Shown: positions 1 to 9,496 of the stretch, one piece after another
How positions within the stretch are numbered: position 1 is the first letter of the stretch
Layout of the letters: each line of letters opens with the position of its first letter
DNA from: Candidatus Latescibacterota bacterium
GTDB taxonomy: Bacteria; Latescibacterota; UBA2968; UBA8231
Reading direction: 5' to 3'
Length of the DNA: 64,000 nt
NCBI GenBank assembly: GCA_965221775.1
Contig: CBDCSU010000006.1
Location: 128,001 to 192,000, forward strand
Notes under the pieces: generated by a model
Told to the model about the DNA's origin: nothing
Seen by the model: the letters and a program-made list of their open reading frames with translations, nothing else
Databases searched by the model: none
Made by a program: the position numbers and the translations under genes

Positions 1-51
1 GCCGCCGGGGTAGTCCTTGTAGTAGCGGACGGGGATGTAGAGGACGGCCAC
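1..51 (-). CDS. N-terminus of a gene running off the left edge (MAVLYIPVRYYKDYPGG...), product unknown
   Basis: GTG at 49-51 with a GGAGA RBS upstream on the minus strand; GC3-rich codons; truncated by the window edge. Confidence 0.5.
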   Translation of the reverse strand, partial: MAVLYIPVRYYKDYPGG

Positions 52-249
52 GGGTCGTCTCCGGGTCGGGTGAGGGCCGCCTACACTAGCGGCCCGCAGA
101 GCCGGCGGCAACACTCGTCCCCGCGGACCACCAGACCCGGACCGGTCCGGCTTGCCGCGCCGCACGGAGGGCCGTTACATGCCGACCGGCCCGTCGACCG
201 GCGGCCTCGGCGCCTGCTGCCGGCGCCTCCCTCAACCATCGCCCGGAGA

Positions 250-2685
250 ATGTCGATCGTGTCCCTGGTCATGAGTGACGAAGAGCTGCTCGACGCCCTC
301 GACCCGGAGTTCCCGGAGTTGGAGCCGATGCGCCAGGCCCGAACGGCCGGCGGCACGGCCGCGGCCAAGGCCGCGCTGGCGCGCTACATCCGCCGTCGCG
401 AAGGAGGCGGTGACGGTCCCGAGAGCGGACCCGGCGACAGGCCCGAGGCCGTCTCCGAACGGGGCGAGGCGCTGTGCCGCGACCTCGCCGGCCGCGACTG
501 GCTCACCGTGCCGCACCCGGAGGAGGTCCCCGAGCGCCTGCACAGCACCCAGGTCATGGGGCTCAACGACCACCACGACTTCGCCGCCCTGGCCCAGGAG
601 TACGGGTCGACCGGCAACCACCGCTACGCCCGCGAGTGCGTGGCCCGCATGGTCGAGTGGATCGAGGTCAACGGGCCGCTGCCGGACCGGCCTCCCACCG
701 GCCCCACCGGCGCCTTCTGGCGGACCATCTTCTACACCCTCCCCCGCACCGCCAACTGGACCCGCTGCCTGATGCTCCTGCGCCATTGTCCCGCCGTCAC
801 CGACGACGAGCTGATCACCCTTCTCAAGGCGGTCCTCCATCACCTCCGCTACGCCGCGAACAACCGGGTACCGGGCATGCCCAACATGATCGTCCACCTC
901 CACGAGCAGCTCATCGGCCTCGGGGAGCAGTGGCCGGAGTTCGCCGAGTCGAAAGGCTGGTCCCGCGCCGGCGTGGAAGGGCTCCGGGAGCTGCTGGACG
1001 ACTACTTCTACCCGGACGGCGCCTACATCGAGCTGTGCTACTTCGCCCACGAGAGCTTCACCCGCGTCCTGGAGCGCGGCGAGGCCGGCGAGATCGAGCT
1101 GCCGCCGGGGTTCCGCGAGAAGGTGGAGGGCATCTTCGACTTCCCCGCGTACATGGTGAAGCCCAACGGCAGCTATCCCTCGGTCAACGACAACTACTCC
1201 GCCCAGGACCCCGAGAAGCCGCCCGAGCGCCGCGGCGGCCTGATCGACCTCGGCGTGGAGATCACCGGCCGTGGGGACCTGCGCTACATCGCCTCCTTCG
1301 GCGCCGAGGGCGAGCCCCCGTCCCGGACCTCCCGCGCCTTCCCCTACGCCGGGTTCCACGTCATGCGCTCCGACTGGTCCGCCGAGGCCCGCTACCTCGT
1401 CTTCGACGGCGGCCGCAGCGCCGGCGGTCACAACCACGTGGACAAGCTCAGCTTCGAGCTCTACGCCTACGGCAACACCCTGGTCACCGACAGCGGCTGC
1501 GGCGGCCCCTGGGCCTCGGCCTGGCGCAGCGAGTACTTCGTCGGCCCCGCGGGACACAACACGATCATGGTCGACAGCCGCGGCCAGGTGGCCGGCCTCC
1601 CCCTCTTCGAGATCCCCTGCCTGCACGGGCGCACCGCCTGGCACGAGATCGCGCCGGAGCCGCTGCCCAACACCTGGGTAAGCGGCCGCCGCTTCGACTA
1701 CGCCGGCAGCCGCTACGAGGACGGGTACGCCGCCTACGGCTCGGAGCAGAGCCGCCGCCGCGGCTTCGCCTACGAGAGCAAGCGCGTCGACGGCGTGGAG
1801 CGGATGCAGCCCTGGACGCGGAGCCAGGGCGAAGACCTGCAGGTGCCGCCCCACAAGCGAGTGTTCGTCGATCACGAGCGCCGCATCCTCTTCGTCAAGC
1901 CCGACTACTGGATCCTCTCCGACCGGCTCCTCGGCAAGGGCCGCCACAAGGCCGAGTCCCTGTTCCACTTCCAGGCCTCGGCCACGGCCCGCGTCGAGCC
2001 GGAGGACGGCTCGGTGCGCACCGTGAACGGCCGCGCCGGCCTGGTGATCCTGCCCGCCCCGGGGCCAGAGCTGCAGGCGCGCATCGTCCAAGGCCAGGAG
2101 GATCCGCCCCAGGGATGGGTCCCCGCCGGCTGGGGCGAGCACCGTCCCTCCCCGGTCGCCATCTACTCGGCGGAGGAAGAGCTGCCGCTGGCCTGGGACG
2201 CGGTGCTCTATCCGCACCCCGGGGACAGCGCTCCGGCGCTGTCGGTGGAACGGCTGGAGGTGCACGAGGAAGGAGAGGCGGTGCCCACGTGGCAGGCGTC
2301 CGCGCTCTGCGTGCACGTCGACGGAGGACGGGACTACTGCTACGTCTCCCACGAGCGCCGCGCCCTGCGCACCGCCGGACCGCTGGTGAGCGACGCCGAG
2401 CTGGTGCTGGTTCGCTGCGGCGGCGACGGACGGCCCCGTGAGCTGGCGCTGATCAACGGCAGCTACGTCAAGCTGGAGGGCCGGCTGCTCGTGGCCGCGG
2501 AGGAGACCTTCCCGCGCCTGGAGCTGTTCTGGGAGGGGGATGCGCTCACGGTGGACGCGGGTCACCCGGTGGGGGCGGAGGTGTGGGCCGGCGGCGCCCG
2601 GCGGGTGATCATCGGCGAGGGGGAGGCGCGGGGGGTTCAGCCGGTGGATGATCGAGTCGCGATCTTCGAGGACTGGCTGGATTGA
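250..2685 (+). CDS. Heparinase II/III-like (polysaccharide lyase) family protein
   Basis: Motifs YFYPDGAYIEL, GFHVMRSDW, GHNHVDKLSFELYAYG and HNTIMVD are typical of Hepar_II_III. Start is probably ATG 250 or 271 rather than 70. Confidence 0.8.
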   Translation: MSIVSLVMSDEELLDALDPEFPELEPMRQARTAGGTAAAKAALARYIRRREGGGDGPESGPGDRPEAVSERGEALCRDLAGRDWLTVPHPEEVPERLHSTQVMGLNDHHDFAALAQEYGSTGNHRYARECVARMVEWIEVNGPLPDRPPTGPTGAFWRTIFYTLPRTANWTRCLMLLRHCPAVTDDELITLLKAVLHHLRYAANNRVPGMPNMIVHLHEQLIGLGEQWPEFAESKGWSRAGVEGLRELLDDYFYPDGAYIELCYFAHESFTRVLERGEAGEIELPPGFREKVEGIFDFPAYMVKPNGSYPSVNDNYSAQDPEKPPERRGGLIDLGVEITGRGDLRYIASFGAEGEPPSRTSRAFPYAGFHVMRSDWSAEARYLVFDGGRSAGGHNHVDKLSFELYAYGNTLVTDSGCGGPWASAWRSEYFVGPAGHNTIMVDSRGQVAGLPLFEIPCLHGRTAWHEIAPEPLPNTWVSGRRFDYAGSRYEDGYAAYGSEQSRRRGFAYESKRVDGVERMQPWTRSQGEDLQVPPHKRVFVDHERRILFVKPDYWILSDRLLGKGRHKAESLFHFQASATARVEPEDGSVRTVNGRAGLVILPAPGPELQARIVQGQEDPPQGWVPAGWGEHRPSPVAIYSAEEELPLAWDAVLYPHPGDSAPALSVERLEVHEEGEAVPTWQASALCVHVDGGRDYCYVSHERRALRTAGPLVSDAELVLVRCGGDGRPRELALINGSYVKLEGRLLVAAEETFPRLELFWEGDALTVDAGHPVGAEVWAGGARRVIIGEGEARGVQPVDDRVAIFEDWLD

Positions 2686-2775
2686 GCAAGGTTCAGCGGG
2701 CGCACCGCCGACCTCACCTTGCCCCTCAACTGCGGACCGCGGGGCTGTGCCGGGTTCGACCTTGGGACAGGTCCG

Positions 2776-3033
2776 TCAGAGCTTCAGCAGAATCAGCGTG
2801 CCCAGGGTGACCAGAGTCGTAAACTGGAAGCCCAGCAGCCAGTTGATGCGCTTTTCCAGGCTGTCGAAACGGGAGCCCGTATGGCTCTCCAAGCTGTCGA
2901 AACGGACGTTCGTCTGGCGTTCCATGCTGTCGAGGCGCGCGCCCAACTGCTGAAGGGTGCCGTTGATCTGCTCAACGGCCCCTTCCACGCGGGACAAGCG
3001 CTCCCCGTGGTCCCCGGCAGTAACTTCGGTCAT
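2776..3033 (-). CDS. Small coiled-coil protein with C-terminal membrane anchor (CCDC90/DUF1640-like)
   Basis: 11-residue repeats RLDSMERQTNV/RFDSLESHTGS/RFDSLEKRIN followed by hydrophobic WLLGFQFTTLVTLGTLILLKL. Confidence 0.65.
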   Translation of the reverse strand: MTEVTAGDHGERLSRVEGAVEQINGTLQQLGARLDSMERQTNVRFDSLESHTGSRFDSLEKRINWLLGFQFTTLVTLGTLILLKL

Positions 3034-3250
3034 CGTCTGCTTCCCTGAGTGAAGGCCCCGGTCCGGAGCGTTGCCCGGAATATAAGGGGTCGCTGCAGGC
3101 TGGGGAATCTCGGGCCTCCCCGCCGGCCCCTACTATGGCTTGCCTCCCACCACCGCCGCGCCCTGCGGGAGCGCCTGCTGAAGCGTCCACCGACGCTGCC
3201 CAGATCTACTTGCCGCCGTTGCGATATGCAGACTATGTCATATCGTAGAT

Positions 3251-3473
3251 GACACTATACGCCCGACATTGGACACCAATGTCGCCGTCGCGGGGCTGAG
3301 CAGCCCGGCCAGAGCTTCCGCCGGCCTGCTTGACCGAGCCCTGCGCCGCCAACTCGAGTTGGTCCTCTCGCTGCCTTGCCCTCGAGTACGAGGCCGTATG
3401 CCAGGACCCGGCCCAACGCATCATCTCGGGCCTGCTATCGCCCCAGCAGGCTCTGAGGAGAACATGGGAATGA
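3251..3473 (+). pseudogene. PIN-domain toxin remnant (frameshifted, internally deleted)
   Basis: LDTNVAVAGLSSPARASAGLL...ELVLS, then in a shifted frame ALEYEAVCQDP...LLSPQQALRRTWE*. These are the N- and C-terminal pieces of a PIN toxin with the middle missing. Confidence 0.65.
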
Positions 3474-3727
3474 GCAAAGGAAGCAGCACCTACCTCTTGC
3501 GGCTGCCCGCCTCCCTGAAGGCAGCGGTCGCGGAGATCAGCAAGAAAAACGGCACGAGCATGAATCAGTTCGTCACGACGGCCGTCGCCGAGAGGGTCTC
3601 TGCCATGAAAACGGCGGAGTTCTTCACCACGCGCGGGGGGGAGGCCGACATCGAGGCGGCACGCCGGCTGCTGCGCCGCGACGGGGGGCAGTCACCCGCA
3701 CCTGACGATGCCCTGGACCTGGCATGA
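3470..3727 (+). CDS. Ribbon-helix-helix antitoxin (HicB-like, PIN-associated)
   Basis: STYLLRLPASLKAAVAEISKKNGTSMNQFVTTAVAERVSA; ATG overlaps the stop of the PIN remnant. Confidence 0.75.
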   Translation: MSKGSSTYLLRLPASLKAAVAEISKKNGTSMNQFVTTAVAERVSAMKTAEFFTTRGGEADIEAARRLLRRDGGQSPAPDDALDLA

Positions 3728-3788
3728 TCCATCACGGTCAAGGCGCCACGGCTGATGTGCGCCTTGAATCGACCGAAAACGGGCCCTC

Positions 3789-3980
3789 ATGAGCATTGAG
3801 TACACGATCGTCATCGAGAGAGACGAGGACGATTGCTACCTTGGAAGTGTCCCCGTGCTCCCAGGCTGCCACACTCAGGGAAAGTCAATTGACGAGTTGC
3901 TCGAACGGATGCAGGAGGCGATTGCGCTCTGGCTCGAGGTCAACGGGGGTCGCCGCCCTCTTGCGCCGGGGCCCCCGTGA
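3789..3980 (+). CDS. hicB: HicB-family antitoxin (orphan, short)
   Basis: YTIVIERDEDDCYLGSVPVLPGCHTQGKSIDELLERMQEAIALWLE is the HicB core; no hicA seen. Confidence 0.8.
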   Translation: MSIEYTIVIERDEDDCYLGSVPVLPGCHTQGKSIDELLERMQEAIALWLEVNGGRRPLAPGPP

Positions 3981-4102
3981 TCTTCCATCAACGTCGGAGA
4001 GGCACGGTACCACTGTCCTGGTACTGTATTCAGCGACCCAGCCATCGGCCGTCTGGCCAGAATACTGACCCGCCTGTCCAAGAACCTAATGGGGTTTCTT
4101 CG

Positions 4103-4864
4103 ATGAGCTACAACTCCGCAATCGAATGGACCGACGCCACCTGGAATCCGGTAACCGGCTGCACCAAGATTACGCGCGGCTGTGACCACTGCTATGCCGA
4201 GCGCATAGCCGAGCGGTTCCGAGGTACACCGGGGCATCCCTTTGAGAATGGGTTCGATCTCACCCTGCGACCGGAGCGTCTGGCTCAACCCCTTTCCTGG
4301 AGACGGCCGCGCAGGGTCTTTGTCAACTCAATGAGCGACCTGTTTCACAAGAGGATCCCGGTTGAGTTCATAGACCGCGTATTCGACACCATGGAAGCCG
4401 CGGAAAAGCACATCTTCCAGGTGCTCACCAAGCGGAGCTCGCTGATGAAGAACTATCTCCAGCACAGGTATGGATCTGGGCAAGGGCCACGCCATATCTG
4501 GTGCGGGGTCTCCGTAGAAGATCACTTGGGGACAGCAAGAATCCGGCATCTCCAGAGGGCGCCGATTCCAGTTCGCTTTCTCTCGATAGAACCCCTTCTC
4601 GGTCCAGTGGGCGACATCGACCTCGAGGGAATATCCTGGGTCATCGTCGGCGGGGAGAGCGGTCCCAAGGCCCGCCCCATGGAGCTGCACTGGGTACTCG
4701 ACATCAAGAAGACCTGTGACCGGGCGGGAGTCGACTTCTTCTTCAAGCAATGGGGAGGACCGACCCCGAAAGCCGGAGGACGCCTGCTACAAGGAGTCGC
4801 ACATAACGCGATGCCCCTATTGACAGAGAGAGAGGAACCCCATGGATTTCAGGAGGCATCCTGA
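4103..4864 (+). CDS. DUF5131 (phage Gp37/Gp68-like, radical-SAM-related) protein
   Basis: SAIEWTDATWNPVTGCTKITRGCDHCYAE, FVNSMSDLFH, WVIVGGESG, FFFKQWGG. Confidence 0.92.
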   Translation: MSYNSAIEWTDATWNPVTGCTKITRGCDHCYAERIAERFRGTPGHPFENGFDLTLRPERLAQPLSWRRPRRVFVNSMSDLFHKRIPVEFIDRVFDTMEAAEKHIFQVLTKRSSLMKNYLQHRYGSGQGPRHIWCGVSVEDHLGTARIRHLQRAPIPVRFLSIEPLLGPVGDIDLEGISWVIVGGESGPKARPMELHWVLDIKKTCDRAGVDFFFKQWGGPTPKAGGRLLQGVAHNAMPLLTEREEPHGFQEAS

Positions 4865-4935
4865 CGAACCCCCGCCTCTACCCTGAGCCACACAGCAAGG
4901 CGAAACTGGACGTCCTGCGATGCTACCTTGGGTTT
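4842..4935 (+). pseudogene. Truncated N-terminus of three-Cys-motif partner protein TcmP
   Basis: MDFRRHPDEPPPLP, then after a frameshift EPHSKAKLDVLRCYL. This resembles the TcmP N-terminal motif, and TcmP is the usual neighbour of DUF5131. Confidence 0.6.
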
Positions 4936-5014
4936 GAGCTCTGCGGACCAAGTGACCCAATCGATCGATCCAGAGTTATGTGGCTGACAGACGTGCTCTC
5001 TAGGAAAGACTGTC

Positions 5015-5545
5015 ATGAGGAGTAGTCAAGGGTTCTTGCGAGAGGTATTGTGGCGACCCAGATCAGCAATATCGGGATTGATTGCTCTACTACTCTCCAT
5101 CTCGTCGTGGGCTGGCCTAGGCGCGAACTGGACGCCCCTCGAGAAAACACTTGTGCCGGTCTCCCTACTCCTAGCTGCCCTACTGGTGAGCGTTCTCTTC
5201 TCGTCCTACTCCCTCCTCAAGAAGTCTGACCGTCCACTCAGTGTGCGCAGGGTAACCGAGGGGAAGCACTACTACAAGGATCAACTGATGGTCATCTTGG
5301 AGGCCCGTGATACTGTCCTTGTTGGCGACATTCTGACCTTGTTTGTACGGGAAGGTGATACTGAGACACCGATCTGCCTTGTATCAGTCGAGGCCATGTC
5401 AAGCAAGGGCTTCCCCCAGAGCATAGTACTCCATGGACTCACTGATGAAACATCACAATATCTCCGTGATGAGAGCAGACTCGAACAACTGCAGGCAAAA
5501 CGTGGCATAACAAGGAGGGCACTGGAATGTCTGAAGACGCTATAG
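5015..5545 (+). CDS. Hypothetical membrane protein (two N-terminal TM helices plus a beta-rich soluble domain)
   Basis: 176-aa ORF in a visibly lower-GC patch; hydrophobic segments AISGLIALLLSISSWAGL and LVPVSLLLAALLVSVLF. Confidence 0.65.
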   Translation: MRSSQGFLREVLWRPRSAISGLIALLLSISSWAGLGANWTPLEKTLVPVSLLLAALLVSVLFSSYSLLKKSDRPLSVRRVTEGKHYYKDQLMVILEARDTVLVGDILTLFVREGDTETPICLVSVEAMSSKGFPQSIVLHGLTDETSQYLRDESRLEQLQAKRGITRRALECLKTL

Positions 5546-5898
5546 AACACGACGGCCTTGTCGCCCATGTCCTTGATGACAGAAGGCTTGTCATCAACAA
5601 GGGAGCGCAGGACAACATCACGATGGGCACCAGATTCGTGGTGTACACGGTAGGGGAGGAAATACACGATCCTCGGACAGGAGAAAGCCTTGGAATACTG
5701 GAAGAAATCAAGGGCAAAGGAGAGGTTGTTCATGTTCAGGATCGAATGTGTACCATTAAGACCTTCGAGTTCGACATGGTGATAGAACCAGTCCCTGAAT
5801 TTGCGGCGGTCTTTTCCTTGGTCAAGGAAAGGAAGCGAAAGGTCTATAGCGAATTCGTTGATCCCGAACCCGGAGACTATGTGCGAAGAATCCGTTAG
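5527..5898 (+). CDS. Hypothetical protein, FlgT C-terminal-like beta domain
   Basis: LVINKGAQDNITMGTRFVVYTVGEEIHDPRTGESLG pattern; overlaps the upstream gene; GGAGG RBS. Confidence 0.65.
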   Translation: MSEDAIEHDGLVAHVLDDRRLVINKGAQDNITMGTRFVVYTVGEEIHDPRTGESLGILEEIKGKGEVVHVQDRMCTIKTFEFDMVIEPVPEFAAVFSLVKERKRKVYSEFVDPEPGDYVRRIR

Positions 5899-5924
5899 AT
5901 GAGGATCGCGGAACGTGTCTGGGA

Positions 5925-6180
5925 GGCGGGTGTGATCCACACTTCGTTCGAGCGCGTGGGGCAGCCCTTGGACGAAGCGCTCGGGATGGCGTGTGTAGGC
6001 GTCCTCAATGACGCTCTCCCGCTCGGCCTGCAGGACACCGGCGCGCCCCGGTCCTGGTGTAGGGTCAGCTGCTCCGGCTCGATGGCCTGCTCGTGGCAGA
6101 CGGCCTGGATCAGGCGCCGGGCACGACCGGCGCTTTCCCGGGTGGCCACCGTCCAGGCGACGACGTAGCGCGAAATATCG
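5925..6180 (-). mobile_element. IS3-family transposase remnant
   Basis: DISRYVVAWTVA...LTLHQDRGAP (integrase core) is joined by a deletion to ERESVIEDAYTRHPERFVQGLP...EVWITP (C-terminus). Confidence 0.75.
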
Positions 6181-9100
6181 CCCCAATCCTCCGCGCCATC
6201 TCCGCAAAGTACAGCACCTCCTCCGGCGACAGGGGCCTCCCGAGGACATCGCGTTCCCGGTAGGACAACCACTTCTTGAGGACTTGGTAGCCGCCGAGCT
6301 TGTAGTCCCAGATGGCGGCGGGGACGTTGCGCCAGAAGGCGCGGTCGTTCAGGTAGACGTCCAGCGTCGTGGCGCCGAGGGTGGGGATGGCATCGCCGAG
6401 GGCGGCGCGTTCCTCTGGGGTGTATTCGCGTTCGACGATACGGCCTTGCCCCGGCATCACCGCGTCACCCGTTCCGAAGTGGCCCCACCCCGCTGTCAGG
6501 GCGAAATCGTCGCCGGTCATGTTGCGGCCGCCGGACGTGGCCGGTACGGCGATGGCGCTGATCTCTGGAAGCAACGTGCCTTGGGTAACGCCGGGCACCG
6601 GCGTGTCGGGATCGAGCAGGCGTGCGAGTTCCCGGCCGCGCGCCGCTGATTCAGCGAGGGTCTCTGCTGCGCCGTCAGCATCGCCATCGGGCCAGCCCGG
6701 GAGCGGGATGCGGGGCCATTCCATGCGGAGAGCCCCGGCGTTGGCCTCTCGGTAGGCGGGGTCGTGGAGGGTGGCGAGGACATGGTGGAAGAGATTTTCT
6801 ACGCTCGCGCCGATTCGGTGGAGATAGCGTTGGGCGGCACCGGACAAGTTGGGGCGGCGTTGTATTTCGTTGCCGCTGATTCCGAGGCCCCTGTCACGGA
6901 GGTAGGCAGGGAACATGTTAGCACCGCGCTCAATCAGATGATGTGAACCGATTCGTTTCGTAAAACAAGCTTGTGGTTCTTCTGCGTCCTTCCGCAGATG
7001 CTGCGCGGCTGACAGCCACATATTTCCATCGAACACATGCGGCCGGTAGTCAACGCGCTTCTCGTCAAGCAGTTTTGTTTCCGCTTCCCAATAGAGCCAG
7101 CGATTGTCAAATGGCCGGTAAGCAAGGCGTATAAAACCGGCGTTGACTGGACCTCCACGCGCAAGCAGTGCGTTCCGCCCAGAATCAGCGTCAAACCGCG
7201 CCGTGGATTTCATCGCACTTGGATAGCGCCGCGCTACCTGGTCATGGCTCAGTTCCGTATTGAAGTAATCAGCGACCCGAGTCTTGAGCCGATCTATGTC
7301 AACGTCGACGAGAAAAGCATCACGGTTGGTCAGAACTCCGTGAAATCGAACTGGGAACAGATCGGTCAAGGCCGGCCAGTCGAACCAGCCCTCGCTCACC
7401 GCCGTTTGCATGAACGGCTGGCCCAGCGGCAGCACCGGTGCAATATGCTTGTAGAGCACGTCCGGTTCCGTCTCCTCAGTCTCAATCAGTTCCTCGCGCT
7501 TGGCTTGTCCCCACAAATGTCGAAAGCCGACCTCTCCAGTTGGCACATGGTTGGCCTTGCGCACCAGCGTCGCAATCGCCGTCCCAACTTGAATGCCGAC
7601 CGGGTCGCCTTCCGTCGAAAAAATGCTCGGGTCGGGTGAGCCGTCGGGCGCCACCTTGCCGGTCTTGTATTTGTCGCCGTTCAAGCAGTCGATGCGGATC
7701 GCGTCGAATGCCTCGAGATAGCGCTCCCGCATCCCGGTGAAAGACAGCCCGTCGAGCCAGGAGTAGTTGGAGATGAAGCAGACCACACCCTGGCCCGTCC
7801 TCTCGGCGATGCGCCGTTCCGCCATGCGGAAGAACCGCACGTAGAGATCGTTCAACCCTCGTCCCTCGGGCCGGCGCACCCGCTTCGTCGTGCGGTAGGC
7901 CTCGGACAGCTCCCGCTCCTCCTCCACCGCCACGCCGGCGAAGCCGTTGTAGGGCGGATTGCCGAGGATCACCAGGATCGGGGTGTCCCGCTTCACGCGC
8001 TCGGCGCGGTCCCGTTCCTCCTCCAACTCCGGGAAGGGCAGGGGCTTGTCGGTCTTCGGCTCCCAGCCGGTGAGGGCGTTGGTGAGGAAGACACCGGCGC
8101 GTTCGTCTCCGTCCTCCGCCAGCGGCGCGTCGAGGTCCTGCAGGGTGAGGCCGACTTGCAGGTGGGCGACGACGAAGGGGGCGGGCATGATCTCGAAGCC
8201 GAAGACCCGTTCCAGGGCCGCCTGCTTCACCCGCGCGCCGGCGAGGGCGCCGAGGCCGCGGCCTTCGAGGTTGGCGGCGATGCGGCGCAGGACTTCGGCC
8301 AGATAGGCGCCGGTGCCGCAGCAGGGGTCGAGGACGTAGACGTTGTCGGCGGCCAGCCCGTCGGAGATCCCGAGGTCATCCCGCAACGCCCGGTCGACGC
8401 GGGCGACCATGTAGCGCACGACTTCAGACGGCGTGTACCAGACCCCGAGTTGCTTGCGCAGGCCGGGGTCGAAGGCTTCGAGGAAGGGCTCGTAGAAGTA
8501 GGGCACGGCCTCGCCCTCGTTGAAGCGGGAGAAGAAGGCCGGCCGGTCCACCCGGTCGAGGGCCGCCGCGGTCCAGTCCATCACCTCGACGAGGTCGAGG
8601 TGCCGCAGGCGGGCGGGGCCCGAGAGCTGATGGAAGAGCGCCCGCAGGACCGGGGCGCGCAGGTGCCAGACCGAGGTGCGCCAGTCGAAGCGGTCATCCT
8701 GCCTGGCTTGCCGCGCCCACAGCACCCAGGCAGAGAACAGGCCGTAGAACAGGGTCTGCACGAGGGTCGAGCGGAAGAAGGCCTCGCCGCGCTTGCCCTC
8801 GAAGCGAACCCCCAGGGCCTCCTCAAGGGCGGAGCGCACCGCCTTCAGCGGTTGTGCGTCGCCGGCGGCCTCGACTCGGGCCAGCCCGTCGCGGGCGTAC
8901 GAGGCCAACAGCCAGGCGAGGTCCCTCGGCTCGGACAGCGCGGCGCGGTGCGCCAGCGCCCGGCCCAGGTACTCGGCCAGGCCGGCGCCAATGTCGCGGG
9001 CGAAGGATTGTGGCGTCTCCAGGCGCTGCTCGAACTCCTCGGCGCTCTCCGCCAGCCGGAAGGCCTCGAGCTTGGTGGGAAGGCGCGCCGAGTCCTCCCC

Positions 9101-9496
9101 GACGAGCACGAAGTCGCGGGTGTTGGTCACCAGCACGAGGCCGTAGCGGTCCCAGTAGCGGCTGACCTGTCGGCTGTGCGCGGTCAGCCAAGCGTCGTCG
9201 TCCGCGGACTTCACCTCCACTACGCCGCGCTCGGGCCTCTGCCCCGGCCGGGGCTGCCCCTTCTGTACCTGCCGCGACGAGTAGAGCCCGAAGTCGGGGT
9301 GGCCCGCTCCCTGGTCGGCCAGCTCGCCGACGCAGAACACCTTGGGCTTGAGGGCGCCGCCGACGGCGTTGAGCAGGTTGGCCAGCGGCCCGTAGCTGGA
9401 GCGCTCCCCGGTGGCGCTGCCGGAGGCACGGATCCGGTGCAGGTCGGTCAGGTAATGCTCGACCGCCGCCGTCAGGCGGGCCGTCTTGGTGGCCAT
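6110..9496 (-). CDS. Single-chain restriction-modification enzyme (type IIG / type ISP-like: nuclease + N6-adenine MTase + target-recognition domain)
   Basis: N-terminal PD...VEVK nuclease motif, motif I DPCCGTG, motif IV GNPPY, LlaBIII-like C-terminus (WDYKLGGYQVLKKWLSYR). The last residues run into the IS3 remnant. Confidence 0.88.
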   Translation of the reverse strand: MATKTARLTAAVEHYLTDLHRIRASGSATGERSSYGPLANLLNAVGGALKPKVFCVGELADQGAGHPDFGLYSSRQVQKGQPRPGQRPERGVVEVKSADDDAWLTAHSRQVSRYWDRYGLVLVTNTRDFVLVGEDSARLPTKLEAFRLAESAEEFEQRLETPQSFARDIGAGLAEYLGRALAHRAALSEPRDLAWLLASYARDGLARVEAAGDAQPLKAVRSALEEALGVRFEGKRGEAFFRSTLVQTLFYGLFSAWVLWARQARQDDRFDWRTSVWHLRAPVLRALFHQLSGPARLRHLDLVEVMDWTAAALDRVDRPAFFSRFNEGEAVPYFYEPFLEAFDPGLRKQLGVWYTPSEVVRYMVARVDRALRDDLGISDGLAADNVYVLDPCCGTGAYLAEVLRRIAANLEGRGLGALAGARVKQAALERVFGFEIMPAPFVVAHLQVGLTLQDLDAPLAEDGDERAGVFLTNALTGWEPKTDKPLPFPELEEERDRAERVKRDTPILVILGNPPYNGFAGVAVEEERELSEAYRTTKRVRRPEGRGLNDLYVRFFRMAERRIAERTGQGVVCFISNYSWLDGLSFTGMRERYLEAFDAIRIDCLNGDKYKTGKVAPDGSPDPSIFSTEGDPVGIQVGTAIATLVRKANHVPTGEVGFRHLWGQAKREELIETEETEPDVLYKHIAPVLPLGQPFMQTAVSEGWFDWPALTDLFPVRFHGVLTNRDAFLVDVDIDRLKTRVADYFNTELSHDQVARRYPSAMKSTARFDADSGRNALLARGGPVNAGFIRLAYRPFDNRWLYWEAETKLLDEKRVDYRPHVFDGNMWLSAAQHLRKDAEEPQACFTKRIGSHHLIERGANMFPAYLRDRGLGISGNEIQRRPNLSGAAQRYLHRIGASVENLFHHVLATLHDPAYREANAGALRMEWPRIPLPGWPDGDADGAAETLAESAARGRELARLLDPDTPVPGVTQGTLLPEISAIAVPATSGGRNMTGDDFALTAGWGHFGTGDAVMPGQGRIVEREYTPEERAALGDAIPTLGATTLDVYLNDRAFWRNVPAAIWDYKLGGYQVLKKWLSYRERDVLGRPLSPEEVLYFAEMARRIGAIFRATSSPGRWPPGKAPVVPGA

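Noticed and set aside
232-2565. Long antisense or alternate-frame ORFs (for example 232-2565, 11385-13835, 21647-24259, 50392-53448)
   Set aside because: Shadow ORFs expected in high-GC DNA; they lie on top of genes with clear family motifs and have none of their own
4883-4887. TGA in the tcmP stub as another selenocysteine codon
   Set aside because: Similarity continues in a different frame, so it is a frameshift rather than read-through
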